From: an uncultured virus (IMG/VR IMGVR_UViG_3300028654_000194)
Taxonomy: Duplodnaviria; Heunggongvirae; Uroviricota; Caudoviricetes
Virus record (IMG/VR): IMGVR_UViG_3300028654_000194
DNA length: 64,000 nucleotides
Strand: one strand, 5' to 3'
Below the pieces are notes generated by a model. That model did no database searches and was not told the origin of the DNA. It worked only from the letters and a program-made list of their open reading frames with translations. Shown piece after piece: positions 19,457 through 30,449 of this stretch. A program made the position numbers and the translations under genes. The first letter of the stretch is position 1. The number at the start of each line of letters is the position of its first letter.

Positions 19457-19840
19457 ATGAGCGTTGCGCATTCGAAGCCTGCTGACGCGGGCACGACTAC
19501 GATCACCATTGGCGATCAAGACTGGCCGCTGCCGAAGCTTGGTCCCAAGCAGAACCGCATAATCGTTCCGAAACTGACAGTCATCCTACCCCACATCCTC
19601 GCCAGCGCGAAGGTTGAAGGCGGCAGCATGGACAAGCTCGCGTCGTACCTGTCACAGGACCACTACGACACGATGCTGGAAATCGTCTTCACCGCGCTGA
19701 CACGCGGATCGCCCGATCTTACGCGCGAAGAATTTGACGATCTTCCGCTTGGAACATTGGAGATGATCAACGCGCTGACGCCGATTGCACGTGCGGCTGG
19801 GTTGCTTGATACCCCTGTGATCGTTGCCAAGAAGGACTGA
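19457..19840 (+). CDS. Tail assembly chaperone, G-like short form
   Basis: AAGGAG RBS; immediately upstream of tape measure. Confidence 0.65.
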   Translation: MSVAHSKPADAGTTTITIGDQDWPLPKLGPKQNRIIVPKLTVILPHILASAKVEGGSMDKLASYLSQDHYDTMLEIVFTALTRGSPDLTREEFDDLPLGTLEMINALTPIARAAGLLDTPVIVAKKD

Positions 19841-19845
19841 CGTGA

Positions 19846-22653
19846 ATGGCCGATGGCGACATCAACGTCCAGATCACTGCGACCATCACCGATCTGCTGG
19901 ACAAGATGCAGCAGGCGCAGAATGCTATTCGGCAAGCCGCCGATGGCATGAAAGACGGCATGAGCGATGCCGGGGACGCCGCCAAGGGTCTTGGTGACGA
20001 ACTCAGCAAAGCGTTCATGGTTGCTGAAATCACTATCGCCTACGAAGCGATCAAGCAAGTCACCGAAGCGATCTACGGCTTCGCTTCGGCAATGGCCGAC
20101 CTTGGAGACAAGGCCGGTATTATGTCCAAAGAACTGGGCATGTCCGTCGAAGAAGTCACGGCGTTCGCATACGCCGCTGGCTTGGTGGATGTAAGCGGCG
20201 AAGGTGCCGCGCGCATGCTGGAACGTCTTGAACGCAACATGACGGCTGCCCAGTCAGGCACCGGCATGCAGGCGGCAGCGTTCCGTTCGCTCGGCATCAC
20301 CACGGACGAACTGAAGAACAAGTACACGTCGCTGGACAGCTTGCTGCCTGTGATCGCAGACAAGTTCGCTGCGACCGCAGATGGTCCTGCCAAGACCGCC
20401 ATCGCCATATCACTGTTCGGTCGCGCTGGCGCGGACATGATACCGATACTGGATCAGGGCGCTGCTGGTCTTGATCAGTTGAAACAGCACGCCACCGATC
20501 TGGGCGTGGTACTGGATGGGCCGACCGCCGCCGCGATGACGGAAGTCCACGACAAGCTGTATGACATCGGTCAGGCCATCGAAGGCGGTGCGATCACTGC
20601 CTTTATGAAGATGAAACCAACCATCGTCGCGCTGATCGATGACTTCACGGCGTTCGTGCAGCAGGTGAAGGCGACAGTCACCAGCACCGAAGCTGTCGAA
20701 CAGGTGTGGAACCCGCTGATCGCTATCGGCACCGCGCTGTGGAACGCAGTCACCACCGTGTGGACGGCACTTGAAAAAGTCGCCACATCGCTGGGCGTCA
20801 CATCGACGGCCAGCAGCACGCTGTCCGGGGCGTTCGAACTTCTTCTGGATGTCCTGAAGCTGGTCGCCACTGCCATCGATGCGACCGCTGCATGGATCGG
20901 CATTCTGGGCGATGACATCAAGACGTTCGTAGATGAAAGCGAAATCCTGATCCACGCACTGGGGCAGGCGTTCATCGATGTCGCGTCGCTGGACATGTCG
21001 AAAGCCGCCGCCGACTGGGACGACGCGCTTCAGAAGATCGAAGACAGCGAAAAGACCCACGCTGCAAATGTGCTGGCTATTGAAACCAAGCTGCACAATG
21101 ACGTGAAGGCGATGCGTGACAGCACGGACATCCCGTCTGTGACCATTACGCCGAAGGTGAAAGAACCCGACTTTAAGCCGCAGCTTGACGCACCTGTCAC
21201 GGAGAAGAAGAACAGCGCCGCGCAGAAGGCTGCCGAAGAACTGGCGACCATCGAAGAAAAGGCTGCCGCCGAACGCATCAAGCGCGAACAGCAGACCGAT
21301 GACACGCTGCTGAAGCTGGGTCTTGAAACGTATCAAGACTACGAAAACAACACGATCAAGCATGAAAACGAACTCTACAACATCCAGATGCAGGCCATCG
21401 ACCGCAAGGAAAAAGCGGACGCTGGCGACAAGGCGAAGCTTGCACAGGATGAAGCTGAACGCGAAGTCCTGACACAGCAGCATCTGGCGCGTCTTGAGAA
21501 GATCACCGATGACGCGATGGTTCACGCGCAGAAGGTGCGTGACGAAGATTTGAAATCCTTCATCAACGATCAGGAAGCCGAACTAAGCGCCGCGTTGAAG
21601 GGTATCGATGACGAATACAAGGCGCATGAAATCAGCGCCCAAGATCGTCGCGATATGGAAGTCGCGCTGACGCGCGATATTGAAGCGCAGGTGCTTGCAC
21701 GTTTCGACGCCGACCACGCCAGTCTTGTGAAGGGCACGGACGAATGGCGCAAAGCCATGACGGAACGCGAAGCCCTTGTCCGCAAGTTCAACGCCGATGT
21801 GATCAAGGCCGACACGGAACTGCGTCAGGAAGAACAGGCGCAGTGGACGACGCTGACGAACTCGATTGAAAATTCGTTCAAGTCGGCCATCGACGGCATG
21901 CTGTTCCAAGGCAAGACCTTCGCCCAAGGGATGCAGCAGATCGCCAGCGGCATCCTTCAGTCCTTTGTCGATCTTGGCATGAAGATGCTGACGGACTGGA
22001 TCAAGACGCTTGCGCTGGAACTGTTGCACCACAACACGACGCAGGCTGCCAAGACCGCTTCGACCGTCGCTGCCAACACCGCCCAGACAACTGCCGTCAC
22101 TGCTGGGCAGGTCGCACAGACGACAGCCGTGGGCGCAGCGCAGGCCGCGCAGACCACGGCTGTCGCCACGGCACAGGTGGCGCAGGCCGCAGCGTTGATC
22201 GCTAGTTCGACGCTGGCCATGCAGGCCGCTGTCGCCTTGGCCGGTGCGAACGGCGTGGCGTCCTTTGCGCTGGCACCGTGGCCCATCGATGTCGGTGCGC
22301 CAGAATTCGGCGCGTCCATGGCAGCCGCAGCGGGTGCGTTCGCCTTCGCTGGCGGCGCAGGCTTCGCGCAAGGTGCATGGGACATTCCCGGCGACATGAA
22401 CGCTCGCATCCACCAAGGCGAGATGATCCTGCCCAAACCGTTCGCTGAAGACTTCCGCAACAAGGCTTCGGCCAATGGCGGGGGCGGGTCGCTGGGCGGC
22501 GGCGGTGACACCGTCCACGTTCACATCACGGCGATGGACGCCCAGTCTGTGCAGCGCCTGTTCGACAATAACAGCAGCGCGCTGGTGACGGCGTTCGCGA
22601 AAGCCAAGCGCAACAACCATGGTGCCTTCACCAAGATGGCGAACCCGACATGA
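19846..22653 (+). CDS. Tape measure protein
   Basis: 935-aa Ala-rich helical protein; LFGRAG and HQGEMILP motifs. Confidence 0.9.
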   Translation: MADGDINVQITATITDLLDKMQQAQNAIRQAADGMKDGMSDAGDAAKGLGDELSKAFMVAEITIAYEAIKQVTEAIYGFASAMADLGDKAGIMSKELGMSVEEVTAFAYAAGLVDVSGEGAARMLERLERNMTAAQSGTGMQAAAFRSLGITTDELKNKYTSLDSLLPVIADKFAATADGPAKTAIAISLFGRAGADMIPILDQGAAGLDQLKQHATDLGVVLDGPTAAAMTEVHDKLYDIGQAIEGGAITAFMKMKPTIVALIDDFTAFVQQVKATVTSTEAVEQVWNPLIAIGTALWNAVTTVWTALEKVATSLGVTSTASSTLSGAFELLLDVLKLVATAIDATAAWIGILGDDIKTFVDESEILIHALGQAFIDVASLDMSKAAADWDDALQKIEDSEKTHAANVLAIETKLHNDVKAMRDSTDIPSVTITPKVKEPDFKPQLDAPVTEKKNSAAQKAAEELATIEEKAAAERIKREQQTDDTLLKLGLETYQDYENNTIKHENELYNIQMQAIDRKEKADAGDKAKLAQDEAEREVLTQQHLARLEKITDDAMVHAQKVRDEDLKSFINDQEAELSAALKGIDDEYKAHEISAQDRRDMEVALTRDIEAQVLARFDADHASLVKGTDEWRKAMTEREALVRKFNADVIKADTELRQEEQAQWTTLTNSIENSFKSAIDGMLFQGKTFAQGMQQIASGILQSFVDLGMKMLTDWIKTLALELLHHNTTQAAKTASTVAANTAQTTAVTAGQVAQTTAVGAAQAAQTTAVATAQVAQAAALIASSTLAMQAAVALAGANGVASFALAPWPIDVGAPEFGASMAAAAGAFAFAGGAGFAQGAWDIPGDMNARIHQGEMILPKPFAEDFRNKASANGGGGSLGGGGDTVHVHITAMDAQSVQRLFDNNSSALVTAFAKAKRNNHGAFTKMANPT

Positions 22654-23276
22654 GCGTATCCGTTCTTCCAGCGATGCCGATCTTGGCGTGGCCAGCTATT
22701 CGTTCACCGATCTGGAAGACGCGCGTGCAGACTTCTGTCAGCGGCAAGGAAGTGCGCATTGCTGACTGGTCGTATCCACGGTACAAATGGCAGCTTGCAT
22801 TCAACGGTCTTCGTCAAGGTGGCATCGGCGCGTCCACGGAGTTCCAGCAGATGCTGGCGTTCTTCAACACGTTGCAAGGTGGCTGGGACAGCTTCTTGTA
22901 CACGGACGTGGATGACAACAACGTCGCGAACCAGTTAATCGGAACAGGTGCCGGTGTCGTCACCACGTTCCAGTTGGTCAAGCTTTTCGGCGGGTACGCG
23001 GAACCCGTCACTGCGCCGAACCTGATCGGCGGCGGCACGAATTTCATCCTGAAGGTTGCTGGCGTCACAAAGGTGTACGGCACCGACTACACGGTCAGCG
23101 ACTGGTCATCATCGACACCGGGTGTCGTGACATTCACCGCAGCGCCGACCGGCGCGATCACGGTGACGTTCAACTACTACTATCCGTGCCGCTTCGATGA
23201 CGACACAATCGACTTCAGCAAATTCCTTTCTTACGTCTACGAACTCAAGAAGCTTTCCTTCACGAGTATAAAGTGA
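22650..23276 (+). CDS. DUF2460-like distal tail protein (GTA-type)
   Basis: SGKEVR..WSYPR, FQLVK and CRFDDD motifs. Confidence 0.8.
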   Translation: MSVSVLPAMPILAWPAIRSPIWKTRVQTSVSGKEVRIADWSYPRYKWQLAFNGLRQGGIGASTEFQQMLAFFNTLQGGWDSFLYTDVDDNNVANQLIGTGAGVVTTFQLVKLFGGYAEPVTAPNLIGGGTNFILKVAGVTKVYGTDYTVSDWSSSTPGVVTFTAAPTGAITVTFNYYYPCRFDDDTIDFSKFLSYVYELKKLSFTSIK

Positions 23277-23518
23277 AACTCTGGCTGTTCATCTTCACCC
23301 AACCTGATCGCAAATTTGTCTCCGCACGTGTCGCTGCCGACACGCGCGATGAAGCTTGTTCGATCATGGGGGAAGCCTTGCAGCGCATACTGGTCGCACA
23401 GGAAAACGTGCATCCTGAACCCGGCACGATCCTGACGATGATAGGCAACGAACCTGCTGATCATGCCGGTCTTGTCCACCTGCGCGATCTGAACAACGAA
23501 CTGTGGGTGCCAGCGTGA
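23273..23518 (+). CDS. Hypothetical protein
   Basis: GTGA overlaps at both ends. Confidence 0.55.
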   Translation: MKLWLFIFTQPDRKFVSARVAADTRDEACSIMGEALQRILVAQENVHPEPGTILTMIGNEPADHAGLVHLRDLNNELWVPA

Positions 23519-24423
23519 GCAAGCCAGTCTCCGCGCAGTTCCAGACCCTGATGGGTACGCGCCAGTTCTACGCAGCCGATCTGTGGACGGTGAACTTGGC
23601 GAACGGCGCGGGTACGCTGTACTATTGCAGCGGCGATCAGAACATCAACGCGAACGGCAACACCTATCTGTGTGGTGGCACGACAGGTCCATACTGGGAC
23701 CGCACCGGCAGCAAGGCGAAGTTCCACTGGTCAACCGGCACCAGCGTCGATGAATTACAGGTCGATGTCATACCCGGTTCATCGACCGTACTTGGTCTGG
23801 CGTTCCTGAACGCCGTGCGTCGCGGCGTGTTCGATGGCGCAGAAGTTATTCTGGAACGCGCGCTGATGCCGACCTACGGCGACACGTCGCGGGGTCTTGT
23901 CCGCGTCTTCATTGGCCGCATGGCACCTGTTGTCGCCGGTCGTTCGCTGATCACGTTCAGCATCAACAGTCATCTCGAACTTCTGAACCTTCAGTTCCCC
24001 CGCAATCTTGCGCAGTCCACCTGCATGAACAACTGGGGCGACACCCAGTGCGGCATCGTCCAGTCCAGCTATCGCGGCAGCGGAACGCTGACAGGCACCC
24101 CAACGGTCGCGCAGTTCACGACAAGCACGCTGGGCGGGACGTTCGCAACGGGCACGTTCGACCATGGCAAGATCGTCTTCACCAGCGGCGTGCTGAACGG
24201 TTATCAGGCTACGATCAAGCAAGCGACGCTTTCCGGTTCGCCGTCTTCAGCGACAGTTTTCCTTGCGGGGTATCTCCCGGTCGCACCTTCAGCCGGTGAC
24301 AGTTTCTTCATCTACTACGGCTGCAACAAGAGTTACACCGACGCGAACGGCTGCCCGAAGTTCAGCAACACCGCACGCTTCCGTGGAATGCCTTTCACAC
24401 CGCAACCCGCGACGGCAGTTTGA
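23515..24423 (+). CDS. DUF2163/BR0599-like tail hub protein
   Basis: GVFDGA, C...WGD..C and GCNKS....C.KFSN..RFRGMPF cysteine motifs. Confidence 0.85.
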   Translation: MSKPVSAQFQTLMGTRQFYAADLWTVNLANGAGTLYYCSGDQNINANGNTYLCGGTTGPYWDRTGSKAKFHWSTGTSVDELQVDVIPGSSTVLGLAFLNAVRRGVFDGAEVILERALMPTYGDTSRGLVRVFIGRMAPVVAGRSLITFSINSHLELLNLQFPRNLAQSTCMNNWGDTQCGIVQSSYRGSGTLTGTPTVAQFTTSTLGGTFATGTFDHGKIVFTSGVLNGYQATIKQATLSGSPSSATVFLAGYLPVAPSAGDSFFIYYGCNKSYTDANGCPKFSNTARFRGMPFTPQPATAV

Positions 24424-24917
24424 TGGACAATGAAAAGCGCAGGCAGGATGTCATCGATGAAGCGTTGACGTGGGTGGGGACACCTTACGTGTCGAACGCG
24501 CGCGTCAAGGGGCGCAACGGCGGTGTCGATTGCCTGACGTTTGTCGCTGGCGTGTACGAACATGCAGGCGTCATCGACCGTCTGGACATTCCGCACTATC
24601 CGCCAGACTGGCATCTTAATCAGGAAGCCGAACTGTATTTGATCGGCAAGGACACGACGCCGGGCATGCTGCACTTCTGCCGGGAAATCTTCACCCCGCC
24701 GCAGAAGGCTGACATCGTCCTGTGGAGGTTCGGACACTGCTACGCGCACGCTGCCATCGTTGTCGAATGGCCTACTGTCATTCATGCGTGGGCAGAACGT
24801 GCCGTCGCCATGGAAGACGCCACTGGCTACTACACACTGAACAAGATCGTTGAAGAAGCCGGTCGTCACCGCGAAGATCGCCCGCGCAAGACCTTCGAAG
24901 TGAAGGACTGGCGCTGA
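24420..24917 (+). CDS. NlpC/P60 tail-associated peptidase
   Basis: WVGTPY, GVDC, HAAI and IHAW motifs. Confidence 0.9.
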   Translation: MMDNEKRRQDVIDEALTWVGTPYVSNARVKGRNGGVDCLTFVAGVYEHAGVIDRLDIPHYPPDWHLNQEAELYLIGKDTTPGMLHFCREIFTPPQKADIVLWRFGHCYAHAAIVVEWPTVIHAWAERAVAMEDATGYYTLNKIVEEAGRHREDRPRKTFEVKDWR

Positions 24918-27900
24918 TGGCTTTCTTCTTCGGTGGTGGTGGAAAGACCAACGCAGCCAGCACGCCGAACTACACCGGCATGCAGTTGCAATCATCTGCC
25001 TACGGTCTGGTCGTTCCAGTCGTCTATGGAACGACGCGCATCGGCTGGAACCTGCTGGACTACGTGAACTTCAAGACGGTCACGACACCGTCCAGCAGCG
25101 GCGGTAAGGGCGGCATCGTCGGCGGTGGTGGTGGCAAAGGTTCGTCATCCAGCACGACTAGTTACACCGCCACGGTCGCTGGTGTTCTGTGCGAAGGCCC
25201 GATCCATGGCGTCTACAGTTCATGGTCAAGCCAGACACCGCTTGCGGGTTATCCGAACTTCACGGTGTTCACAGGCGCGCTGGCACAAACAGTGTGGTCG
25301 TGGTGGGCGGCGAACGGTTTTGGTTCACACGCTGTCAACTACAGCGGCTTCGCCTACGCGGCGGCTGCAAACTACAATCTTGGATCGTCGGCCAACTTCC
25401 CGAACATGAACTGGGAAGTGCAAGCGTTGTTGTGGAACACTGCCCCCGGAACCTACGGCGGCAACGGCTGCGCCACAGGCGGCGACGCCGATCCAAGTCA
25501 GATCATTCCCGACATCCTAACAAATACCAAGTATGGCGTGGGCTTTCCTTCTGCACGTGTCGGTCAAGTCAACTTCTGGAACGAAGCGCACAGCGGCGCG
25601 ACATCTATCACTGTCACGCACGCTTCGACGTTCAACTACAACGTCAGCGTTTACGACGCGAACCTTAGCATCAGCCTGACATGTGTCGCAGGAACGCCTG
25701 CGGCCAACCAGTACAGCTTCACGACTGCTGGCGCGTACACCTTCAACGCCGCGCAGAATGGCCACGCGTTGACGATCAACTACGTCACCGTCGATGCGAT
25801 GACGAACTACCAGAACTTCACGATGGCCTCCGGCCTGTGGATGTCACCTGCCTACACATCGCAGTCGCAGGCATCCTCCGTTCTGGACGACATCGCCAAG
25901 GCAACCTATTCGGAAGTGCTGTGGTCAAGCGGTGTTCTTCAGATGGTGCCGCGCGGAACGCAGAACATCACCGCGAATGGCTTCACCTTCACGGCCAACA
26001 TCACGCCAGTGTACGCGCTTGGCCCTGACGACTTCCTTGACGGAACGACCGGCAATGCGTCGGACCCGGTCACGATCACGCGCAACCGCAAGGCTGATCA
26101 GCTTAACGTCATCAAGATCGAAGCACTGGATCGCGCCAACCAGTATGCGCCCGCTGTCATAGAGATGACCGACCAAGCGCAGATCGACCAGTACGGTCGC
26201 CGCGCTGCGGCCAGCCAGTCGCTGCATCACTTCTGCGATCTACAAGCGGCCAAGACGTGCGCCGCGCTTCAGCTTCAGGACACATACATTCTGAACCAGT
26301 ACGCGTTCAACGTCGATGAACGCTACATCGTGCTTGATCCGATGGACATCGTCACGCTGACTGACCCATCGTATCCGGGTCTGACAAATATCGGCGTGCG
26401 CATCATCGACATGACGGAGAACGATGATGGTACGATCAGCATCATCGCTGAAGAATTTCCCGGCACCATCGGAACGGTGCCGACCTATCACATCGACCCC
26501 GGCAGCGGCACGATCCAGAACTTCAACGCGGACCCCGGCAACGCTGCCGCGCCTGCGGTGTTCGACGTTCCTGTGCAGCTTGCGAATGCGACAAACCTTG
26601 AAACGTGGCTGGCGACGTGTTCCGCCACCGGCAACGCCAACTGGGGCGGCTGCGATGTCTATCTGAGCGCGGACAACACCACCTTCGTCAAGAAGGGCAC
26701 GCTGTTCGCACCGTCGCGCATGGGCGTCACGACAGCGACCTTCGCCATCGGTAGCGACCCCGACACGGTCAACACCCTGAGTGTCGATCTAACCAATTCC
26801 TTTGGCGCGCTGCTGGGCGGCACGCAGGCCGACGCCGATCAGGACAACACACTTTGCTTCGTCTGCAACACGGACGGCACGAACGGCGAATATGTTTCGT
26901 ACCAGCAGGCCACGCTGACAGCGACCTACAAGTACGATCTGGGTAAGTCCGGCGCATCGCCCGGCTACCTGCGTCGCGGCCAGTGGGGTACGTCGCCTGT
27001 CGCGCATCCGTCCGGCTCATTGTTCGTGCGTCTGGACGACAACATCTTCACGATGCCGTACACGCCTGCCGATGTCGGCAAGACCCTCTACATCAAGCTG
27101 GTCAGCTTCAACATCTGGGGCGCGGGCTATCAGTCACTGGGCAGCGTCACGTCTTACGCGCACACCATTGCTGGTCCGCCTATTCCGCCACTGGTGCAGA
27201 ACTTCACTGCCGCGCAGAACGGCAATGCTATCGCGCTGGCGTGGACCGATCTGACGACCGCAGGTATCAAGGGTTACGACATTCTGTTTGGTCCTGTTGG
27301 CGGAACGGTCGCGACCGCGACGTTGCTGTCTGAAGCTTCGCGCCAGACTGCTGAAACAACGGTTGGTGTGCCGCCCGGCACATGGGTGATGTATATCCGT
27401 GGGCGCAACATTGCGAACCAGTATGGTCCTGCAAGCAGTTCAACGGTAACAGTTTCGAACACGAACATCACCATCGGTTCGTTCAAGCAGGAACCGGATT
27501 GGCTCGGCACATTGAGCGGCTATGTGCTGCACTACACAGGCGTGCTGGTGCCGGTCAGCCAGACACTTGCGAGCGCATGCACCTATGCGCAGTTAGCTTG
27601 CGGGTTCAATCCTGTCGCGAACCCGACATACACCGCGCCGACATACGATGAAGGGTTCAATTCTTCATCGCGCATCTTCTATACTATCTCTGGCCGTGCG
27701 GCTGGCGCGTCAGGTCTTGCACCATCGCTGGCGTCGTATCTGGATTACTGGCTGTCAGGATTTAGCGATCCGAACACCTACATTCCGTGGACTGTCGGTT
27801 CAGTTCTTTCGCGTTACAATAATTTCCGCGTCATCGATCAGGCACCAGCGCCGCAAGTGCTGACACAGTTCGACATCACAGTCGATGCGCCGCTTCAGGA

Positions 27901-28129
27901 TTACGTGATCAATGGTTTCGCAGTTTCTAGCCTTGGCACTGTGCTGAACTTCGCAGCCAACAATATCGGGCCGTTCCATAATACGCCGAACGTCCAAGTG
28001 ACACCTGTTGATGGTGTCGGAACCGGCGGCGGTGCGTCACCGATCAGCGCAACACAAGCAACCATCACAGAATACCAAGGTGTGGCTGCCATCAACGGCA
28101 CCGTCAACCTTCGCATCTCAGGAAACTAA
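24917..28129 (+). CDS. Tail tip / host specificity protein
   Basis: VPVVYGTTRI, LCEGPI, LDPMDIV, YLRRGQWGT motifs; 1070 aa. Confidence 0.85.
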   Translation: MAFFFGGGGKTNAASTPNYTGMQLQSSAYGLVVPVVYGTTRIGWNLLDYVNFKTVTTPSSSGGKGGIVGGGGGKGSSSSTTSYTATVAGVLCEGPIHGVYSSWSSQTPLAGYPNFTVFTGALAQTVWSWWAANGFGSHAVNYSGFAYAAAANYNLGSSANFPNMNWEVQALLWNTAPGTYGGNGCATGGDADPSQIIPDILTNTKYGVGFPSARVGQVNFWNEAHSGATSITVTHASTFNYNVSVYDANLSISLTCVAGTPAANQYSFTTAGAYTFNAAQNGHALTINYVTVDAMTNYQNFTMASGLWMSPAYTSQSQASSVLDDIAKATYSEVLWSSGVLQMVPRGTQNITANGFTFTANITPVYALGPDDFLDGTTGNASDPVTITRNRKADQLNVIKIEALDRANQYAPAVIEMTDQAQIDQYGRRAAASQSLHHFCDLQAAKTCAALQLQDTYILNQYAFNVDERYIVLDPMDIVTLTDPSYPGLTNIGVRIIDMTENDDGTISIIAEEFPGTIGTVPTYHIDPGSGTIQNFNADPGNAAAPAVFDVPVQLANATNLETWLATCSATGNANWGGCDVYLSADNTTFVKKGTLFAPSRMGVTTATFAIGSDPDTVNTLSVDLTNSFGALLGGTQADADQDNTLCFVCNTDGTNGEYVSYQQATLTATYKYDLGKSGASPGYLRRGQWGTSPVAHPSGSLFVRLDDNIFTMPYTPADVGKTLYIKLVSFNIWGAGYQSLGSVTSYAHTIAGPPIPPLVQNFTAAQNGNAIALAWTDLTTAGIKGYDILFGPVGGTVATATLLSEASRQTAETTVGVPPGTWVMYIRGRNIANQYGPASSSTVTVSNTNITIGSFKQEPDWLGTLSGYVLHYTGVLVPVSQTLASACTYAQLACGFNPVANPTYTAPTYDEGFNSSSRIFYTISGRAAGASGLAPSLASYLDYWLSGFSDPNTYIPWTVGSVLSRYNNFRVIDQAPAPQVLTQFDITVDAPLQDYVINGFAVSSLGTVLNFAANNIGPFHNTPNVQVTPVDGVGTGGGASPISATQATITEYQGVAAINGTVNLRISGN

Positions 28130-28131
28130 GC

Positions 28132-29676
28132 ATGTCAATTTTCCCGTCCGCACTGATCGTCCCGACCAACAACACTGCCGACAACGTTGGTGCGTGGCTG
28201 AACCGCGTCGATGCCGACTTCGCTGCGTTCCTGCGTGCTGCCGGGCAATGGGCACCGCGTTCCGCGCCAGTCACGCCGAACATGACGATGTGGATCGACC
28301 CCGGCACGAACATTCTGGGCACGACCGAAACGGAACTGGGCAACTGGTGTACTGGCAACAGCCACACCACCACGACCATCGACGGTGTGAGCATCACGGA
28401 AGGCATCACCCAAGGCGCGCCAGTTCAAGGCTGGTACTACAACGCTGGTACGCTTACTGCGCTGTTCCCTGCGAACACCTACATCGCGACCGTCACTGCT
28501 GGCGCGCTGAACGCTGGTTCATTCACCACGAACAACGCCGCTGTCACAACAACGACCGGCGCGATCATCTTGGTTGGCCAAGGCTTGGGCGGCATCGTCA
28601 ACGCCAACACGCACAGCAATACGACCATCGATGGTTTCCCGGCTGGCTGGTTGACCGCGAACAACATCCAAGCTGGAATGAATATCGTCGCGTCCGGTCT
28701 GGTGCTGACCACTGTGGCGTCAACGCCTGCGTCCGGCGCAACATCACTGACCACGACCGGCAGCGCAACAACGACACTGACCGGCACGCCAATCACTATC
28801 ACCATCGGCGCACCGGCTTCCAATCCGCGCATCGACCGCATCACGCGCAGCGCAACCAACGGCACCATCACATGGACAAAGGGCACAGAAGCAGCAGTTC
28901 CGGCTGCTCCTGCGCTGCCCGGCAACCAAATTCCAATCGCCAATCTTTATCTGGCGACCAGCACAACCGCGATCACCAACACCAGCGTGATCGCTGACAA
29001 GCGTTTCGTTGGCGGTGGCGGTGGTGGCGGTGCAGGGCAGGTGGCGAACCTTGCCATCGCAGCGAACACTGCGGACCTTGGAACGATCACGTCCAACAAC
29101 GTGAACATCAACAGCGGTTCAGGCCCGATCAATTCGTTCGGATCATCCGCACAAGTCACCAATCCGTTCTTCATGGTGCAGATGGGCGTTGCTGTCGTCC
29201 TGACGTACAATGCGACATCGATGATTTTGCCCGGTGGCAAGAACATCACGACCGCTGTTGGCGACTTTCTGACTGCCCAGTATCTTGGATCGGGCAACTG
29301 GCAGGTTGTTGACTATCAACCTGTCGGCTGGCGCGCAGGCCCAGACATCGTTCCGCCGATTGGTGGCGCAGCGATGACAACCAGCCATTCTCTGGTGATG
29401 GCTGACATCGGATACAACGCACTGTTCAACGCCACGACGCTGACGTTGACTATCCCTGCGAACTCATCTGTTCCATTCCCGATTGGCACAGTCATTCCGT
29501 TCGACAATATCTTCGCGGGCAACCTGACGGTCGCGATCACGACCGACAGCATGTTCATCGCGGGCAGCACGACTGGCGGCGCTGGTGTATCGCGCACAGT
29601 CGGGCAGAACGGCAGCGGTACAATCAAGAAGGTCGCCGCGACTATGTGGCTGATCCAAGGCGCGGGTGTCTCGTGA
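28132..29676 (+). CDS. Tail fibre-like protein
   Basis: T/G/A-rich; NPRIDRI, INSFG and VPFPIGT tail-fibre-type segments. Confidence 0.7.
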   Translation: MSIFPSALIVPTNNTADNVGAWLNRVDADFAAFLRAAGQWAPRSAPVTPNMTMWIDPGTNILGTTETELGNWCTGNSHTTTTIDGVSITEGITQGAPVQGWYYNAGTLTALFPANTYIATVTAGALNAGSFTTNNAAVTTTTGAIILVGQGLGGIVNANTHSNTTIDGFPAGWLTANNIQAGMNIVASGLVLTTVASTPASGATSLTTTGSATTTLTGTPITITIGAPASNPRIDRITRSATNGTITWTKGTEAAVPAAPALPGNQIPIANLYLATSTTAITNTSVIADKRFVGGGGGGGAGQVANLAIAANTADLGTITSNNVNINSGSGPINSFGSSAQVTNPFFMVQMGVAVVLTYNATSMILPGGKNITTAVGDFLTAQYLGSGNWQVVDYQPVGWRAGPDIVPPIGGAAMTTSHSLVMADIGYNALFNATTLTLTIPANSSVPFPIGTVIPFDNIFAGNLTVAITTDSMFIAGSTTGGAGVSRTVGQNGSGTIKKVAATMWLIQGAGVS

Positions 29677-30449
29677 TCGTCAAGCCCAAGTTGATCCTGC
29701 CGAAGCGTTACGCGCCCGCGATCATTCAGCGCGCAGGCGATCCTGAGTGGCGCAAGATCGACGCCACAGAGTTTCAAGACTGGTTGAAAGCGCAACCGGA
29801 TCGCATCATGGCGATGGCCGGTGTCACCGCTGCGCTGCTGGGTGACGGGTTCACCCCGCAATCGTCGGGCATGCAAACGTCTGGCACGTCATGGGCTATT
29901 CCCATCGGCGCGGCCAACATGCGCATCCGTCTCTATGGCGGTGGTGCTGCGGGCGGCTGCGCGACTGCGTGCCCCGGCGCTGGTGGTGGTGGCAGCGGAT
30001 CATTGAGCGATTGGACGAAAGCCCTGACTGGCACAAACTGGGGCCAGACAGTTGGATATGCGCTCGCCGCATCAGTGGCTGGACGTTCAACAGCAGGCAC
30101 TGGGGCTGCGGGCAACTCATCGACATGCGGTGCAACAGGCACCTTCAGCATGTCCACTGCTACATGTCCCGGTGGCAGTGGTGGCGTATCGGGTCCGGTG
30201 CAAGGCGCTGGCGGAACAACGCCGACAAATGCAAACAGCGGCGCAACGAACACAGTAGGCAATGGTGGCACCGCGAGTGCCAGCGGCGCAAATGCACCCG
30301 GCACGCTCGGCGGTACGGGTGGCGCATCTGGTGGCAGCACAAGCAGCGGCGGTCCCGGCAATCCCCCCGGTGCTGGCGGCGGTGCAAGCGTACCCGGACA
30401 TACATCAGGCAATGGCGGCGCGGGCGGCGTTCAGTTGGACTTCACATGA
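29673..30449 (+). CDS. Glycine-rich tail-associated protein
   Basis: GGGAAGG / GAGGGGSG glycine-rich domain. Confidence 0.7.
   Translation: MIVKPKLILPKRYAPAIIQRAGDPEWRKIDATEFQDWLKAQPDRIMAMAGVTAALLGDGFTPQSSGMQTSGTSWAIPIGAANMRIRLYGGGAAGGCATACPGAGGGGSGSLSDWTKALTGTNWGQTVGYALAASVAGRSTAGTGAAGNSSTCGATGTFSMSTATCPGGSGGVSGPVQGAGGTTPTNANSGATNTVGNGGTASASGANAPGTLGGTGGASGGSTSSGGPGNPPGAGGGASVPGHTSGNGGAGGVQLDFT

Noticed and set aside
11730..22620. Long antisense ORFs (e.g. 11730-13163, 13857-15218, 16548-17927, 20410-21525)
   Set aside because: Shadows of GC-rich codon bias opposite clear structural genes; no motifs.
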